Assembly (NCBI GenBank): GCA_965203575.1
Contig: OZ241894.1
Location: 2,028,048 to 2,092,047, forward strand
Reading direction: 5' to 3'
Source: Candidatus Aldehydirespirator sp.
GTDB lineage: Bacteria > Actinomycetota > Acidimicrobiia > Acidimicrobiales > Aldehydirespiratoraceae
Length of the DNA: 64,000 nt
The notes beneath the pieces were generated by a model. The model saw nothing but the letters and a program-made list of their open reading frames with translations. It was not told the origin of the DNA and did no database searches. Positions 18,306 to 28,496 of this stretch are shown here, piece after piece; positions within the stretch are counted from its first letter, which is position 1, and each line of letters starts with the position of its first letter. The translations under genes and the position numbers were made by a program.

Positions 18306-19631
18306 ATGCAGCGCAGCCGGCCCGCTATCGAGTTCGTCAACCACGCCTCGTTCGTGCTCGGATCGGCGGGGCGCAGGATCATCAGCGACCCCTGGCTGTT
18401 CGGGGCGGCGTTCAACGACGGCTGGAGCCTGCTGTGCGACCGCGACTTCGACCCGGAGCGGTTCGCTGAGATCGACTACATCTGGATGTCGCACGAGCAT
18501 CCGGACCACTTCTCGCCCGCCGTGCTGCGCAGCGTGCCCGAGGCGATCCGCCGCGACACCACGGTCCTGTTCCAGCGGACCAAGGACCGCAAGGTGGTCG
18601 ACTTCTGCGCCGAGATCGGGTTCAGGACCCGCCAGCTGCGGCACATGGAGCGGGTCGCGCTGGAGGACGGCCTCGAAGTGGTCTGCGGCCAGGTTCCGCT
18701 GTACGACTCCTGGCTCCTCTACGACTGCGCCGGGTTCAAGGTCATGAACATCAACGACTGCGCAGTGGACGGCCGGGCCTTGGCGCGCATCAGGAGGGCC
18801 GTCGGGCCCGTCGACGTGCTGTTCACCCAGTTCAGCTACGCCGGCTGGAAGGGAGGCCCCGGCGACACCGCCATGAGGCGGGCGGCGGCCGGCGCCAAGC
18901 TGCGAGCCATGCAGGCCCAGATCCGTGTGCTGGAGCCGCGCTGGACGGTGCCGTTCGCCAGCTTCTCGTACTTCTCGCACCACGAGAACCAGCACAGCAA
19001 CGACAGCATCAACCGGCCCGAGGACGCGACCGCCGCCATTGCGGAGGCCGGCTCGGAGCCCGTGGTGATGTATCCCGGCGACACCTGGACGCCGGGCGAC
19101 CCGCGGGCCAACGACGCCGCGGTGCGGCGGTATCGGAGTCACTACGACTTCGCGGCCAAGGGCTATCTGACCTCGGGGACTGTCGACGAGCCGGCCCTGC
19201 TCGAGGCCGGCCGGGCGTACGTCGAGCGGATCCGTGCGCGCAACAGCGTGGCGCTGCTGGGGCTGATGCGTCGGGCGCCGCTGGTCGGGCTGCTGCGGCC
19301 GGTCACCATCGTCGCCTACGACCTGGACGCGACGTACCGCTTCTCGCTGGAGGACGGGCTGCAGCGCATCGGCCCGGTGGCGAGTTGTGATGTCAGCATG
19401 CACTCGAGCAGCCTCGACTACCTGCTGAGACACGAATGGGGCTACGACACGCTCGCCGTCAACGGGCGCTTCGAGGCCGACCTGAGCGGGTTCAGGAAGA
19501 TGAAGAAGACGTTCTCGATCGGCTCGCTCAACAACGCCGGGCACCGGCTGTCGGCCGGCCTGCTGTTCGACCGGGCCCTCCTGCGGATGGTCTGGGCCGC
19601 CGCGGTGCGGCTGAGGCGCCTCGGAACCTAG
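18306..19631 (+). CDS. MBL-fold metallo-hydrolase with a long C-terminal extension
   Basis: WMSHEHPDHF matches the HxHxDH metallo-beta-lactamase motif. It lies 74 nt downstream of the ATPase on the same strand. Confidence 0.75.
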   Translation: MQRSRPAIEFVNHASFVLGSAGRRIISDPWLFGAAFNDGWSLLCDRDFDPERFAEIDYIWMSHEHPDHFSPAVLRSVPEAIRRDTTVLFQRTKDRKVVDFCAEIGFRTRQLRHMERVALEDGLEVVCGQVPLYDSWLLYDCAGFKVMNINDCAVDGRALARIRRAVGPVDVLFTQFSYAGWKGGPGDTAMRRAAAGAKLRAMQAQIRVLEPRWTVPFASFSYFSHHENQHSNDSINRPEDATAAIAEAGSEPVVMYPGDTWTPGDPRANDAAVRRYRSHYDFAAKGYLTSGTVDEPALLEAGRAYVERIRARNSVALLGLMRRAPLVGLLRPVTIVAYDLDATYRFSLEDGLQRIGPVASCDVSMHSSSLDYLLRHEWGYDTLAVNGRFEADLSGFRKMKKTFSIGSLNNAGHRLSAGLLFDRALLRMVWAAAVRLRRLGT

Positions 19632-19687
19632 GGCGGAGCCCGAGGCCCGCCGGCCGACGTCCGCCGGCCGCTGTCCGCCGGCCGCTG

Positions 19688-21820
19688 TCAGTCGGTGGTC
19701 TTGAAGATCGCGACGATGTAGGCGCCGCCCCGGTCCGACACCAACGTGATCCTGTAGCCCCGCACCACCACCTGGTCGCCCCTGGCGAGGATCGGATAGT
19801 CGCCCACCTGCCCGTTGCCGGCGTCGCCGGCGATCCTGAGGGGCAACTCGCCCGAGCCCAGCGAGGCGTCCACGGTGTACACCAGCACCCCCTCGGTCGC
19901 CAGGGCCGGGACCGTGATGATCGCGCCGTCGGCGTGGGGTCTCTCCCGCCCGGCGTCGTAGCCGACCTTGACCCGGACCTCCACCACGAGCACCTCGGTG
20001 TCCGACAGCGGCACCGCAGCCATCACCGCCGCATCGCCCGGATCGGCCACCGGGCTCAGCGTCACCCTCGACCGGTCGGCGGTGAGGCACAGCACCTGCG
20101 ACTCGTCGAGCCAGCCCAACTGCCAGCGGCTCCAGGCCAGCATCTCGGCCGCGTCCAGGTGGAAGGTGTGGCCGGTGACCCGCCGGCCGTAGGTGTAGCG
20201 CCCCGTGACCTCGATGCGGCCGTCCTCGGGATGGGCCGCGAAGGCCGTGTTCAGGCCCATGAGACCGAACTCGCCGCGCACCCAGATCCTCCCCGGCGGC
20301 GCATCCGGCAGCTCGTGGCGGGAGGCGTCGTAGGGGTAGAGGTCCGACAGCCCCAGGCTGTGGGCCAGCTCGTGCGCCGCCACCGGACCCCACGGTGAGG
20401 GGTCGCGGGGCTCGTCCAGAGCGGCCGTGTTGACCTCGGCCATCAGCCTGATCGCCTTCTCGTCGGTGTGCACCAGCCCGGTGGTGTGGTTTCCCGCCTG
20501 GAACCGCGAGCTCGGCAGCACGGTCATCACGGCGTGGATCCCGGTGAAGTCGAAGGAGGGGTCGGCCAGCCGGATCGCTTCGGCGCTGGGGGTGACCCGG
20601 GACTCGCCGATGGCGTACTCCTGCAGGTAGTCCTCGAAGCTGAGCTCGGCTCGCAGCCATCCGTGGAGGGGAACGAACTCGACGTCGATGCGCCCGTAGC
20701 TGGCCGCCTCCAGGTACTCCTCCGCGTGCGGCAGCCCGAGGGCGGCCTCGTCCCGGGTGGTGTAGGTGGCCCGGACGTCGGGGAAGTCCATGAACAGCAC
20801 CGCCACCCGCATCGTGCCGATCGGCGGCGCGGCCTCCTCGGGCAGCGGGAAACCGGCCGTGGTGTATGGCGTGCCCCGGGGCCGGCATTCGGCGGCGTTT
20901 GCTGTGGTTGCGGTGGCGGGCGGGTCTTGGTCCTGGCCGGGTTCGTCGTCCTGGCCGGGTTCGTCGTCCTGGCCGGGTTCGTCGTCCTGGCCGGGCTTGT
21001 CGTCCTGGCCGGGCTTGTCGTCCTGGCCGGGCTTGTCGTCCTGGCCGGGCTTGTCGTCCTGGCCGGGCTTGTCGTCCTGGCCGGGCTTGTCGTCCTGGCC
21101 GGGCTTGTCGTCCTGGCCGGGCTTGTCGACGTTGACGCCCTCGCCTGGCAGCGGCGGGTCTGCGGGTGGTTCCGGCTTGGGGACGAGGCCTAGGGCCCGG
21201 GCCAGGAACGTGGCCATCTCGGCCCGGTTCACCGGCTGGTCGGGGCAGTAGCGCAGGGGGTCGGTCTGGCAGCCGGCGGTGATGCGGGCCGTGGCCAGGG
21301 CGTCGATGTTGGCCGCGTGGAAGTTGCCGGCGGTGTCGGCGAACCCGGCCGGTTCGGCGGCGGGCAGGTCGAGGGCCCGGGTCAGGAACGTGGCCATCTC
21401 GGCCCGGTTCACCGACCGGTCCGGGCAGAACCGCAGCGGGTCGACCAGGCAGCCCGCGGTGACCTCCAACTCGGCCAGATGCTCGATGTGGGGCAGGTAC
21501 CACTTCTCGAAGTCCACGTCGGCGAAACTCGACTCGGTAACGGCGGGGGGTTCGGCGTCGTCGACGATCCGCACCAGCCACACCGCCATCGTCCAGCGCT
21601 TCATGTCGCCGCCGGGGCAGAACATGTCCTGGTCGCACTCGGTGCCGTCGAACACGCCGAGCTCGGCCAGCGCATCAATGGCCGGCTTGTGCACACCCCC
21701 GGTCACATCGGAGAAGCCGTCCGTGCGCTGGACCTCCTGAGCTTGAGCTGCCGCCGTCGGCGCCAACCCCGCGACCGTCACCGCGACGACTACAGCAACA
21801 ATCCCCAGTCGCCGGACCAC
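19688..21820 (-). CDS. Secreted SLH-like-repeat protein with an M6 (InhA-like) metalloprotease domain
   Basis: Signal peptide MVRRLGIVAVVVAVTVAGLAPTAAAQA. Three G.C...(R)FCPD..VNRAEMATFL repeats. A (KPGQDD)n linker. HEXXH in AAHELAHSLGLSDLYPYD, as in HE.GH.LGLPDLY of M6 peptidases. Confidence 0.8.
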   Translation of the reverse strand: MVRRLGIVAVVVAVTVAGLAPTAAAQAQEVQRTDGFSDVTGGVHKPAIDALAELGVFDGTECDQDMFCPGGDMKRWTMAVWLVRIVDDAEPPAVTESSFADVDFEKWYLPHIEHLAELEVTAGCLVDPLRFCPDRSVNRAEMATFLTRALDLPAAEPAGFADTAGNFHAANIDALATARITAGCQTDPLRYCPDQPVNRAEMATFLARALGLVPKPEPPADPPLPGEGVNVDKPGQDDKPGQDDKPGQDDKPGQDDKPGQDDKPGQDDKPGQDDKPGQDDEPGQDDEPGQDDEPGQDQDPPATATTANAAECRPRGTPYTTAGFPLPEEAAPPIGTMRVAVLFMDFPDVRATYTTRDEAALGLPHAEEYLEAASYGRIDVEFVPLHGWLRAELSFEDYLQEYAIGESRVTPSAEAIRLADPSFDFTGIHAVMTVLPSSRFQAGNHTTGLVHTDEKAIRLMAEVNTAALDEPRDPSPWGPVAAHELAHSLGLSDLYPYDASRHELPDAPPGRIWVRGEFGLMGLNTAFAAHPEDGRIEVTGRYTYGRRVTGHTFHLDAAEMLAWSRWQLGWLDESQVLCLTADRSRVTLSPVADPGDAAVMAAVPLSDTEVLVVEVRVKVGYDAGRERPHADGAIITVPALATEGVLVYTVDASLGSGELPLRIAGDAGNGQVGDYPILARGDQVVVRGYRITLVSDRGGAYIVAIFKTTD
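20925..21130 (-). repeat. In-frame 18-bp tandem repeat encoding (KPGQDD/EPGQDD) about 11 times
   Basis: gtcgtcctggccgggctt is repeated head to tail, with a gggttc variant at the 5' plus-strand end. Confidence 0.9.
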
Positions 21821-21978
21821 GCCCCGACCCTACCCAACCCCCCGCATCCGTCACAGATGGAAGGACGGACGCTCCAGCCGGGCTGTCCGGCCCTAGCTGA
21901 CCTCACCGCAGGGCCGGACCGGCTCACCCGACCGGCGAGTCTCGTCGGGCGTCAACGGCCACGTTCCTTGGGGCGGCT

Positions 21979-22245
21979 TCATCGGGGCCGGTAGACGTCG
22001 CGGCGATGGCCGACTCGGATCACATGGACCACAAGTCGGGCGTCGATGACCTCGTAGAGGATCCGGTAGTCGCCGACGCGCACCCGGTACACGGATTCCT
22101 CGCCCGAGAGAGCAACGCAGCCCGGGGGTCGAGGCTCCTCGGCCAGCAAATCTATGGCCGCTCGAATCCGGCGTTGTTCCTTGGGCGGCAACCCGGCGAT
22201 CGACCTGATCGCCCGGCGGGCGATCTCGACGCTGTACCGGTTCAC
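21979..22245 (-). CDS. RelE/ParE family toxin
   Basis: MNRYSVEIARRAIRSIAGLPPKEQRRIRAAIDLLAEEPRPPGCVALSGEESVYRVRVGDYRILYEVIDARLVVHVIRVGHRRDVY is the classic RelE/ParE layout. Confidence 0.85.
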   Translation of the reverse strand: MNRYSVEIARRAIRSIAGLPPKEQRRIRAAIDLLAEEPRPPGCVALSGEESVYRVRVGDYRILYEVIDARLVVHVIRVGHRRDVYRPR

Positions 22246-22493
22246 TCCAGTCCCAGGGCAGCCTTGACCTCATCCCAGGGCACGTAGTCGTCGTCGGCCC
22301 GGGCCGCAGCGAGCTCGCGGCGGTCCTCGACGTCGTCTGCGCTGTCCACCAGCCGGTCGAAGTCGTCGGCGCCGACGATCACGGCGATCCGGCGGCCGCG
22401 CCTGGTCACCGAGACCGGCTCGCCCGACCGGCGAGACTCGTCGATCACCTCGGCCAATCGGTTTCGCGCCTCGCTCACCGCCACCTCATTCAT
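22242..22493 (-). CDS. Phd/YefM family antitoxin
   Basis: MNEVAVSEARNRLAEVIDESRRSGEPVSVTRRGRRIAVIVGADDF. There is a 4-nt overlap with the toxin gene. Confidence 0.85.
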   Translation of the reverse strand: MNEVAVSEARNRLAEVIDESRRSGEPVSVTRRGRRIAVIVGADDFDRLVDSADDVEDRRELAAARADDDYVPWDEVKAALGLE

Positions 22494-22650
22494 GTACGAA
22501 TCGTACACTTCACCAGGCAGTGCTGCAACGCGTTTTCCTGAGCCACCGCCCCCGGCGCCACCCCGACCATGGCCAACGCAGCTACCGCAACCGCCAACCG
22601 GGTCACGGCGTGACACTACCTAGCGGCAACCTCCAGACCGCCGCCGGCTC

Positions 22651-25213
22651 TCAGCGGCGGCCCTTGATGATCTGGACTGTATGGGTGTCGCCGTCGTCGG
22701 ACGCCACGCCGATGGTGTAGCCCCCCACGAATGCCCGCTCACCTCGGGCGAGGATCGGGTAGCCGTCGACCTGCCCGTTGCCGCTGTCGCCGGCCAGCCT
22801 GATGGGCAGCTCGCCCGTGAGCCGCGAGGCGTCGACGGTGTAGATCAGCACGCCCTCGATGGCGAGTCTCGGGACTGAGGCAACGACCCCGTTGGGGAAG
22901 CGCTCCTGCTCCTCGGCGTCGTAGCCGATCCGGCGCCTGCTCTCGATGACGAGCATCTCGGTCTCGGACAGGGGCACCACTGCCATCGCCACGCCGGCGC
23001 CGGGATCGGCCACGGGACCCAGCCTCACCCGGGCATCAGGCGTGTCGATGCAGCGCACTTGCGACCCGTCTAGCCATCCCAGCTGCCACCGGCTCCACGC
23101 CAGCATCTCATCGGCGTCCAAGACCTCGGTGTAGCTGGTGGTCCTATTGCCGTCGGGATATGTCCAATCGATCCGGTGGCGGCGGTCCTCGGCCCCGGCT
23201 CGGAAGACCGCCGTCAGACCCATCAGACCGAAGTTGCTGCGCACCGCCGCCTCCGATCCTGATGGCTCGGGCAGTACGTGGAGGCTGGCGTCGTACGGGT
23301 AGAAGTCAGACAGCCCCAGCCCGTGCATCATTTCGTGGACGGCGACATCGCCCCACGGCACGGGTTCACGTGACTCGTCGATAGCCGCATTGTTGACCCG
23401 CGACACCGGCCCGACCGCGCCCTCGTCCGTTTGCAAACCGGCCAAGTTGTTCTCGCCCCCGGCGAAGAGCGAACTGGGCAGCACGGTCAGGGCGGCGTGG
23501 AATCCGGTGAAGTCGAAGGAGGGGTCGGCGAGCCTGACCGCTTCGGAGTCGATGACTACCCGCGATCGCCCCAGGTTTCCCGGTTGGGCGTAGTGGTCGT
23601 GGTTGTTCTCGGCCCGCAGCCAGCGATGCAGGACAACGAACTCGACGTCGAGCCGTCCGTAGCTGGCTGCTTCCAGATAGGCCTCCGCGTACGGCAGGCC
23701 GAGGGCGGCCTCCTCCTCGGTGGAGTGGGTGGCCACGGCGTCGGGGAAGTCGACGAACAGCACCGCCACCCGCAGCGTGCCGATCGACGGAGCCGCCCAG
23801 CCCGGCAGCGGGAACCCCGTCGTGTGGTGGGGCGAGGGCACCCCGTACGGCCGGCATACCGATGAGCCCAGCTCGACCGTGCTGATCCGGCCGGGGCCGG
23901 TGGTCTGCCCGTGCTCGTTGAAGCCCCAGCATGCGACGGTGCCGCCGGTGCGAAGCCCGCACGAGTGCAGGACGCCGGCGTCGACGGTGCTGAAGGTGCC
24001 CGCGGGGGCGGTTGCCTGGCCGCTGAAGTCGCCCCTGAAGTCGTCGTTCGAGCCCCAGCATTCGACGGTGCCGTCGGTGCGGACCCCGCAGGTGTGCTCG
24101 CTGCCTGCGCTCACCGCGGTGAACGTCCCCCCCGGGGGCGTCGGCCTGGCCCACATACTCGTCCTGGGAGTCGGCGTTGTTGCCCCAGCACTGGACGGTG
24201 CCGTCGGTGCGGAGTCCGCACGTGTGGAGCGTCCCGGCGGTCACCGCTCTGAAGGACCCCTCGGCCCGGGTGGTCTGCCCGAAGTGATTGTCGCCCCAGC
24301 AGACGATCGCCCCGTAGGACAGCAGGGCGCATGAGTGGTACCCGCCCGCGACCACTGTGGTGATCGCGGTGGGGGCCGACTCGCCGGAGCCGCCTTCTGT
24401 GCCTTCGGGGTCGGTGCCGTTGGCGTCGGCGGGGTCGGGGTCGGGGGCGGGCTCGGGGATCTCGACGAGTCCCAGGGCGCGGGCCAGGAACGTGGCCATC
24501 TCGGCCCTGGTCACCGGCTTGTCGGGGCAGTAGCGCAGGGGGTCGGCCTGGCAGCCGGCGGTGATGCGGGCCCCGGCCAGGGCGTCGATGTTGGCTTCGT
24601 GGAAGCTGCCTGCGGTGTCGGCGAACCCGGCCGGGTCGGCGGCTGTCGGCAGGTCGAGGGCGCGGGTCAGGAACGTGGCCATCTCGGCCCGGTTCACCGA
24701 CCGGTCCGGGCAGAACCGCAGCGGGTCGACCAGGCAGCCCGTGGTGACCTCCAGCTCGGCCAAGCGCTCGATGTGGGCCAGCCAGCGGTCGTCGGCGTCC
24801 ACGTCGGCGAAGCTCGACTCGGTCGCGGCGGGGGGTTCGGCCTCGTCGAGCACCCGCACCAGCCACACCGCCATCGTCCAGCGCTTCATCTCGTCGCCAG
24901 GACAGAACCTGTCCTCGGCGCACTCGGTCCCGTCGAACAAGCCCCGCTCGACCAGCGCATCAATGGCCGGCTTGTGCACACCCCCAGTGACATCGCCGAA
25001 CCCGTCGCCGGCCTGTACGGCCTGGACGGGCTGGGTGCTCGCGGGCGGTGTGTTTGCGGGCTGGGTGCTCGCGGGCGGTGTGTTTGCAGGCTGGGTGCTC
25101 GCGGGCGGTGTGTTTGCAGGCGGTGTGTCCTCCGGGTGGGCGGCCGCCGCCGGCGCCAACCCGGCTACGGCGACCGCAACGGCTACCGCCACAACCCCCA
25201 GCCGCCGGACCAC
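22651..25213 (-). pseudogene. Paralogue of the SLH/M6 metalloprotease with an RCC1-like repeat insert, split by a 1-nt frameshift in a homopolymer
   Basis: Two overlapping ORFs (23366..25213 and 22651..24156) join as ...GQADAPGG|TFTAVSAGSEHTCG if one G is removed from the minus-strand G7 run (plus-strand C7 at 24127-24133). RCC1-like GG.HSCAL..G..CWG.N..GQ occurs four times. HEXXH is in AVHEMMHGLGLSDFYPYD. The N-terminus has ANTPPASTQP x3 (30-bp repeat). Confidence 0.7.
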
Positions 25214-25277
25214 AACGCGACACTAACCAACCCTGATGTGACTGGTCGCCCCCGGCGCGGCGCGACATCATGATCTA

Positions 25278-25306
25278 TTGCATGTATCGAAAACAATGGA
25301 TATAGT
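25278..25306 (+). promoter_or_regulatory. Near-consensus sigma-70-type promoter upstream of the small TM/coiled-coil gene
   Basis: TTGCAT - 17 nt - TATAGT in an AT-rich patch. The RBS GGAGG precedes the ATG at 25379. Confidence 0.45.
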
Positions 25307-25378
25307 CTGTGCTGCCTTCGCAAGCCGAGGTTCAGGCTCGCCCCACTAGAGCGCTTGAGGGATCGGAGGCACAGCACG

Positions 25379-25654
25379 ATGGAAGCCGACACTGTTGTCC
25401 TGATGATCACGATCGTGGGGTCCGTCCTCGGATCGACCTTGACGACCATCGGACTGCTGATGGGCGAGATACGCGGGCTCAGGGACAGGCTCGACGTAAT
25501 GGGCCGCGATGTCGTGGACACGCGGGAGCGGGTTGCGCGCATCGAGGGCCACCTGATGGCGTCCGATGGTTTCACGCCGCGACGCAGCCAGCCGTCAGCC
25601 GCCGATCAGCGGCCTCCTGAGGATCCCGCTCCCGACCGTCGGCAGGCGAGCTAG
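25379..25654 (+). CDS. Small single-TM coiled-coil protein with a RVARIEGHL motif
   Basis: TM segment VVLMITIVGSVLGSTLTTIGLLMG, then IRGLRDRLDVMGRDVVDTRERVARIEGHL, then a Pro/Asp-rich tail. Confidence 0.65.
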   Translation: MEADTVVLMITIVGSVLGSTLTTIGLLMGEIRGLRDRLDVMGRDVVDTRERVARIEGHLMASDGFTPRRSQPSAADQRPPEDPAPDRRQAS

Positions 25655-25797
25655 CCGCCGTCAGTCGCCGATCAGCCGTCGGCTGAGGATCCCGCTCCCG
25701 GCCGTCGGCAGGCGAGCTAGCCGCCGTCAGCCCTTATCGGCCCGCCGTCGGTCAGCTGGCGGTCCCGGGCTGCGGCCCGCCGTCGGTCAGCTGGCGG
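25591..25797. repeat. Tandem repeats spanning two convergent gene ends: a 66-bp unit about 2.4 times (3' end plus stop of 25379..25654) and a 22-bp unit twice (3' end plus stop of pyrE)
   Basis: gccgtcag.cgccgatcagc....c.tgaggatcccgctccc.gccgtcggcaggcgagctagcc occurs at 25591 and 25657 (partial at 25723). cccgccgtcggtcagctggcgg occurs at 25741 and 25776. Confidence 0.85.
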
Positions 25798-26374
25798 CGG
25801 CTACCGGTACCACGGGGTCGATGCCGAGCAGTTCATAGGTGACCATCGGGTAGTAGCCGACCCCACGTTGCTCGAACTGCGATCCGGCCAGGCCGCTGCG
25901 GTCGACCAGCGTGACCGCCGCGACGGTAGTGGCCCCGGTCTGGTCGACGATGTCGAGGGCCTTGAAGATCGACCCGCCCGTCGTCACCACGTCGTCCACC
26001 AGCAGCACCGTGTCGCCCGGGCCGATCTGGGCGCCCTCGACCCAGCGCCGGGTGCCCCGCTGCTTGGCCTCCTTGCGCACGAAGAACCAGCGGCAGTCGG
26101 CGACCGAGGCGATGCCCACCGCCAGCGCGTCGGCGCCCATAGTGAGCCCGCCGACCGCATCGAAGCGGTGACCGTCGGCGGCGACCGCCTCGACGATGGC
26201 CTCGCAGGCGAGCCGCAGGTGGCGCCACTCGGCCAGGGCCTCCTTGCCGTCGATGAAGTCCTGGGACAGGGCCCCCGAAGCGAGCCTGATCGGCTGATCG
26301 AGCCGGCGGTAGCCCCGCTCCTTCAGGATCTCGAGCAGCTCCTGGCGCAGTGGGGTCAATCGCATGGTGTCCAT
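25787..26374 (-). CDS. pyrE: Orotate phosphoribosyltransferase (type I PRTase)
   Basis: PRPP-binding VLLVDDVVTTGGS and an OPRT-like N-terminus (LLEILKERGYRRLDQPIRLASGALSQDFIDGK). The start was chosen at MDTMRL. Confidence 0.7.
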   Translation of the reverse strand: MDTMRLTPLRQELLEILKERGYRRLDQPIRLASGALSQDFIDGKEALAEWRHLRLACEAIVEAVAADGHRFDAVGGLTMGADALAVGIASVADCRWFFVRKEAKQRGTRRWVEGAQIGPGDTVLLVDDVVTTGGSIFKALDIVDQTGATTVAAVTLVDRSGLAGSQFEQRGVGYYPMVTYELLGIDPVVPVAAAS

Positions 26375-26633
26375 GGTGCCGCCACCATACAACGTCCGCC
26401 CCGCCCGCAGTGTCCATTGATGCCGTGTGACCTCGGCGTTTATCCCGATGTCACAGGGATGCATTAATGTTTGTCCATGATGTTTCAAGCAATACTGCTA
26501 TGGATCGCGTTGCCGGGGCTCACCGAGGATGGCTCAGCCAGGGAGTGTTGGTGCGGGCTGGTTGGTGTGGGTCGTGCCGGGGCTCGCCGAGGACGGCTCG
26601 GCCAGGAAGTGTTCGTAACGGAGATCGTGTGGG

Positions 26634-28457
26634 ATGACGACCATGTGGGATGACTTCAAGACTGCAGTGCAGGCCATTGACGTGGCTGGCCTGGATCGGG
26701 CCGACCTGGGTGCCTTGGCCGGGGAGATCGGTGCGGCTCGGGCCGTGCTCGACGGGCTGGAGGCTCGGGTGGCGGTCGGGCTGCGGCGGCTCGGGGCCAG
26801 CGAGGCCAGCACCGCCGAGACGCTGCGGCGGCAGACGGGCTGCTCGTCGCGGGACGCCAAGCACCGCACCCGGCGGGCCGAGACTCTCGAGAAGATGCCG
26901 AATGTCGCCGAGGCCCTGTCGTCGGGACGCCTCACCGGAGAGCACGCCACTGCCCTGGCCCGGGCCGCCGCCGAGACCTCGCCCGAGGCGGTCGACCGGG
27001 ATGCCGGCTTGCTGGCTGAAGCGGAGTCCTTGCCCGCCGATGTGGCTTCCGGCAAGGCCAGGGACTGGGTCCGCCGCCGCCAGACCGGCGACGACCTGCA
27101 ACGCCTGCACATGTGGCAGCGTCGCAACCGGTCGTTGCTGTTCACCGGGGGCGAGGGCGGGATGGTCGCCGGCATCGCCAAGTTCGACCAGGTGTCGGGC
27201 GCGCAGTTCCAGAACCTGGTCGAGTCGCTGGCCGATCGCCTGTACCGGGCCGACGGCGGCCGTGACAACCCCCATGCTCGCACCCGGGCCCAGTGCCGCC
27301 TCGACGCCCTGCTGTCGCTAGTAGGGATCGCCCCCGCCCCCGCGCCCGGTCTCGCTCCCGCCCACGCCAACGGCCACAGCGCGGCCCCCGACCGCGACTC
27401 CAACCCCGGCCGGGGCTCCGATGTGGGCTCCCGCCTCGGGCTGGGTTCTGGCTCTGGCTCCGGTGTGGGTTCGGGCCTCGGGCTGGGTTCTGGCTCTGGC
27501 TCCGGTGTGGGTTCGGGCCTCGGGCTGGGTTCTGGCTCTGGCTCCGGTGTGGGTTCGGGCCTCGGGCTTGGCTCTGGCTCCGGTGTGGGTTCGGGCCTCG
27601 GGCTTGGCTCTGGCTCCGGTGTGGGTTCGGGCCTCGGGCTTGGCTCTGGCTCCGGTGTGGGTTCGGGCCTCGGGCTGGGTTCTGGCTCTGGCTCCGGTGT
27701 GGGTTCGGGCCTCGGGCTGGGTTCTGGCTCTGGCTCCGGTGTGGGTTCGGGCCTCGGGCTGGGTTCTGGCTCTGGCTCCGGTGTGGGTTCGGGCCTCGGG
27801 CTGGGTTCTGGCTCTGGCTCCGGTGTGGGTTCGGGCCTCGGGCTGGGTTCTGGCTCTGGCTCCGGTGTGGGTTCGGGCCTCGGGCTGGGTTCTGGCTCTG
27901 GCCCGCCGTCTGTCGCCGACTCCGACTCGGGTCTTGGCACGGGCCTGGGATGCTCCTGCGGCCGGGGATTCGGCCCCGGCACCAAGGCCCAACTGTGCAT
28001 CGTGATGGACTTGGAGTACCTCGCCACCGACGGCGAGCGCGGCCGCTGCGAGATCCCCGGCGTTGGTGCCCTTGCCCGCAGCGAGCTTGAGCGCCTCGGT
28101 TGCGACGCCGACATCTACGGCATCATCTTCGACGGTCGGGGCGTCCCCTTGCACCACGGTCGCCGCACCAGGACCGTCTCACCCCAGCAGTGGCGTGCCC
28201 TGGTCGCCCGCGACGGCGGATGCGTGATCTGCGGGGCTAAACCCAGCTTGTGCCAGGCCCACCACGTCAAGTTCTGGTCCCGCGGCGGGCCCACCGACAT
28301 CGACAATCTGGTGCTGCTGTGCCACAACCACCACCGTTGGGTCCACGACAACGAGATCACCCTGCGGTGGGGTTCCGACGGCTGGCGCGCCCCACCTGGT
28401 CCGGCCCCGCCGAGTTTCACCACCCGCCGCCCCGGGCTGGCACTCCGACCCGCTTAG
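26634..28457 (+). CDS. DUF222-type HNH endonuclease (REP13E12-like) with a large internal Gly/Ser-rich repeat insert
   Basis: N-terminus [34 protein letters not shown] is DUF222-like. The C-terminal HNH is [32 protein letters not shown]. Confidence 0.85.
   Translation: MTTMWDDFKTAVQAIDVAGLDRADLGALAGEIGAARAVLDGLEARVAVGLRRLGASEASTAETLRRQTGCSSRDAKHRTRRAETLEKMPNVAEALSSGRLTGEHATALARAAAETSPEAVDRDAGLLAEAESLPADVASGKARDWVRRRQTGDDLQRLHMWQRRNRSLLFTGGEGGMVAGIAKFDQVSGAQFQNLVESLADRLYRADGGRDNPHARTRAQCRLDALLSLVGIAPAPAPGLAPAHANGHSAAPDRDSNPGRGSDVGSRLGLGSGSGSGVGSGLGLGSGSGSGVGSGLGLGSGSGSGVGSGLGLGSGSGVGSGLGLGSGSGVGSGLGLGSGSGVGSGLGLGSGSGSGVGSGLGLGSGSGSGVGSGLGLGSGSGSGVGSGLGLGSGSGSGVGSGLGLGSGSGSGVGSGLGLGSGSGPPSVADSDSGLGTGLGCSCGRGFGPGTKAQLCIVMDLEYLATDGERGRCEIPGVGALARSELERLGCDADIYGIIFDGRGVPLHHGRRTRTVSPQQWRALVARDGGCVICGAKPSLCQAHHVKFWSRGGPTDIDNLVLLCHNHHRWVHDNEITLRWGSDGWRAPPGPAPPSFTTRRPGLALRPA
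27436..27900 (+). repeat. In-frame 42/36-bp tandem repeat (about 12 units) encoding [12 protein letters not shown]
   Basis: gggctgggttctggctctggctccggtgtgggttcgggcctc units alternate with a 36-bp variant lacking gggttct. The antisense strand reads [12 protein letters not shown]. Confidence 0.9.
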
Positions 28458-28496
28458 GCCGTTGCGGCTGCTATGGCGGCGCTCTCAGCAAGCGCG

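Noticed and set aside
18213-21638. 1141-aa minus-strand ORF spanning the MBL gene and most of the protease gene
   Set aside because: The translation is Arg/Pro/Gly-rich and low in complexity, typical of an off-frame or antisense shadow ORF in high-GC DNA. The overlapping 18306..19631 (+) and 19688..21820 (-) frames have clear catalytic motifs and signal peptides.
26534-28114. 526-aa minus-strand ORF encoding ([12 protein letters not shown])n
   Set aside because: It is the antisense reading of the Gly/Ser repeat inside the DUF222/HNH gene. The plus-strand frame is continuous with recognisable N- and C-terminal domains, while the minus frame has no non-repeat domain.
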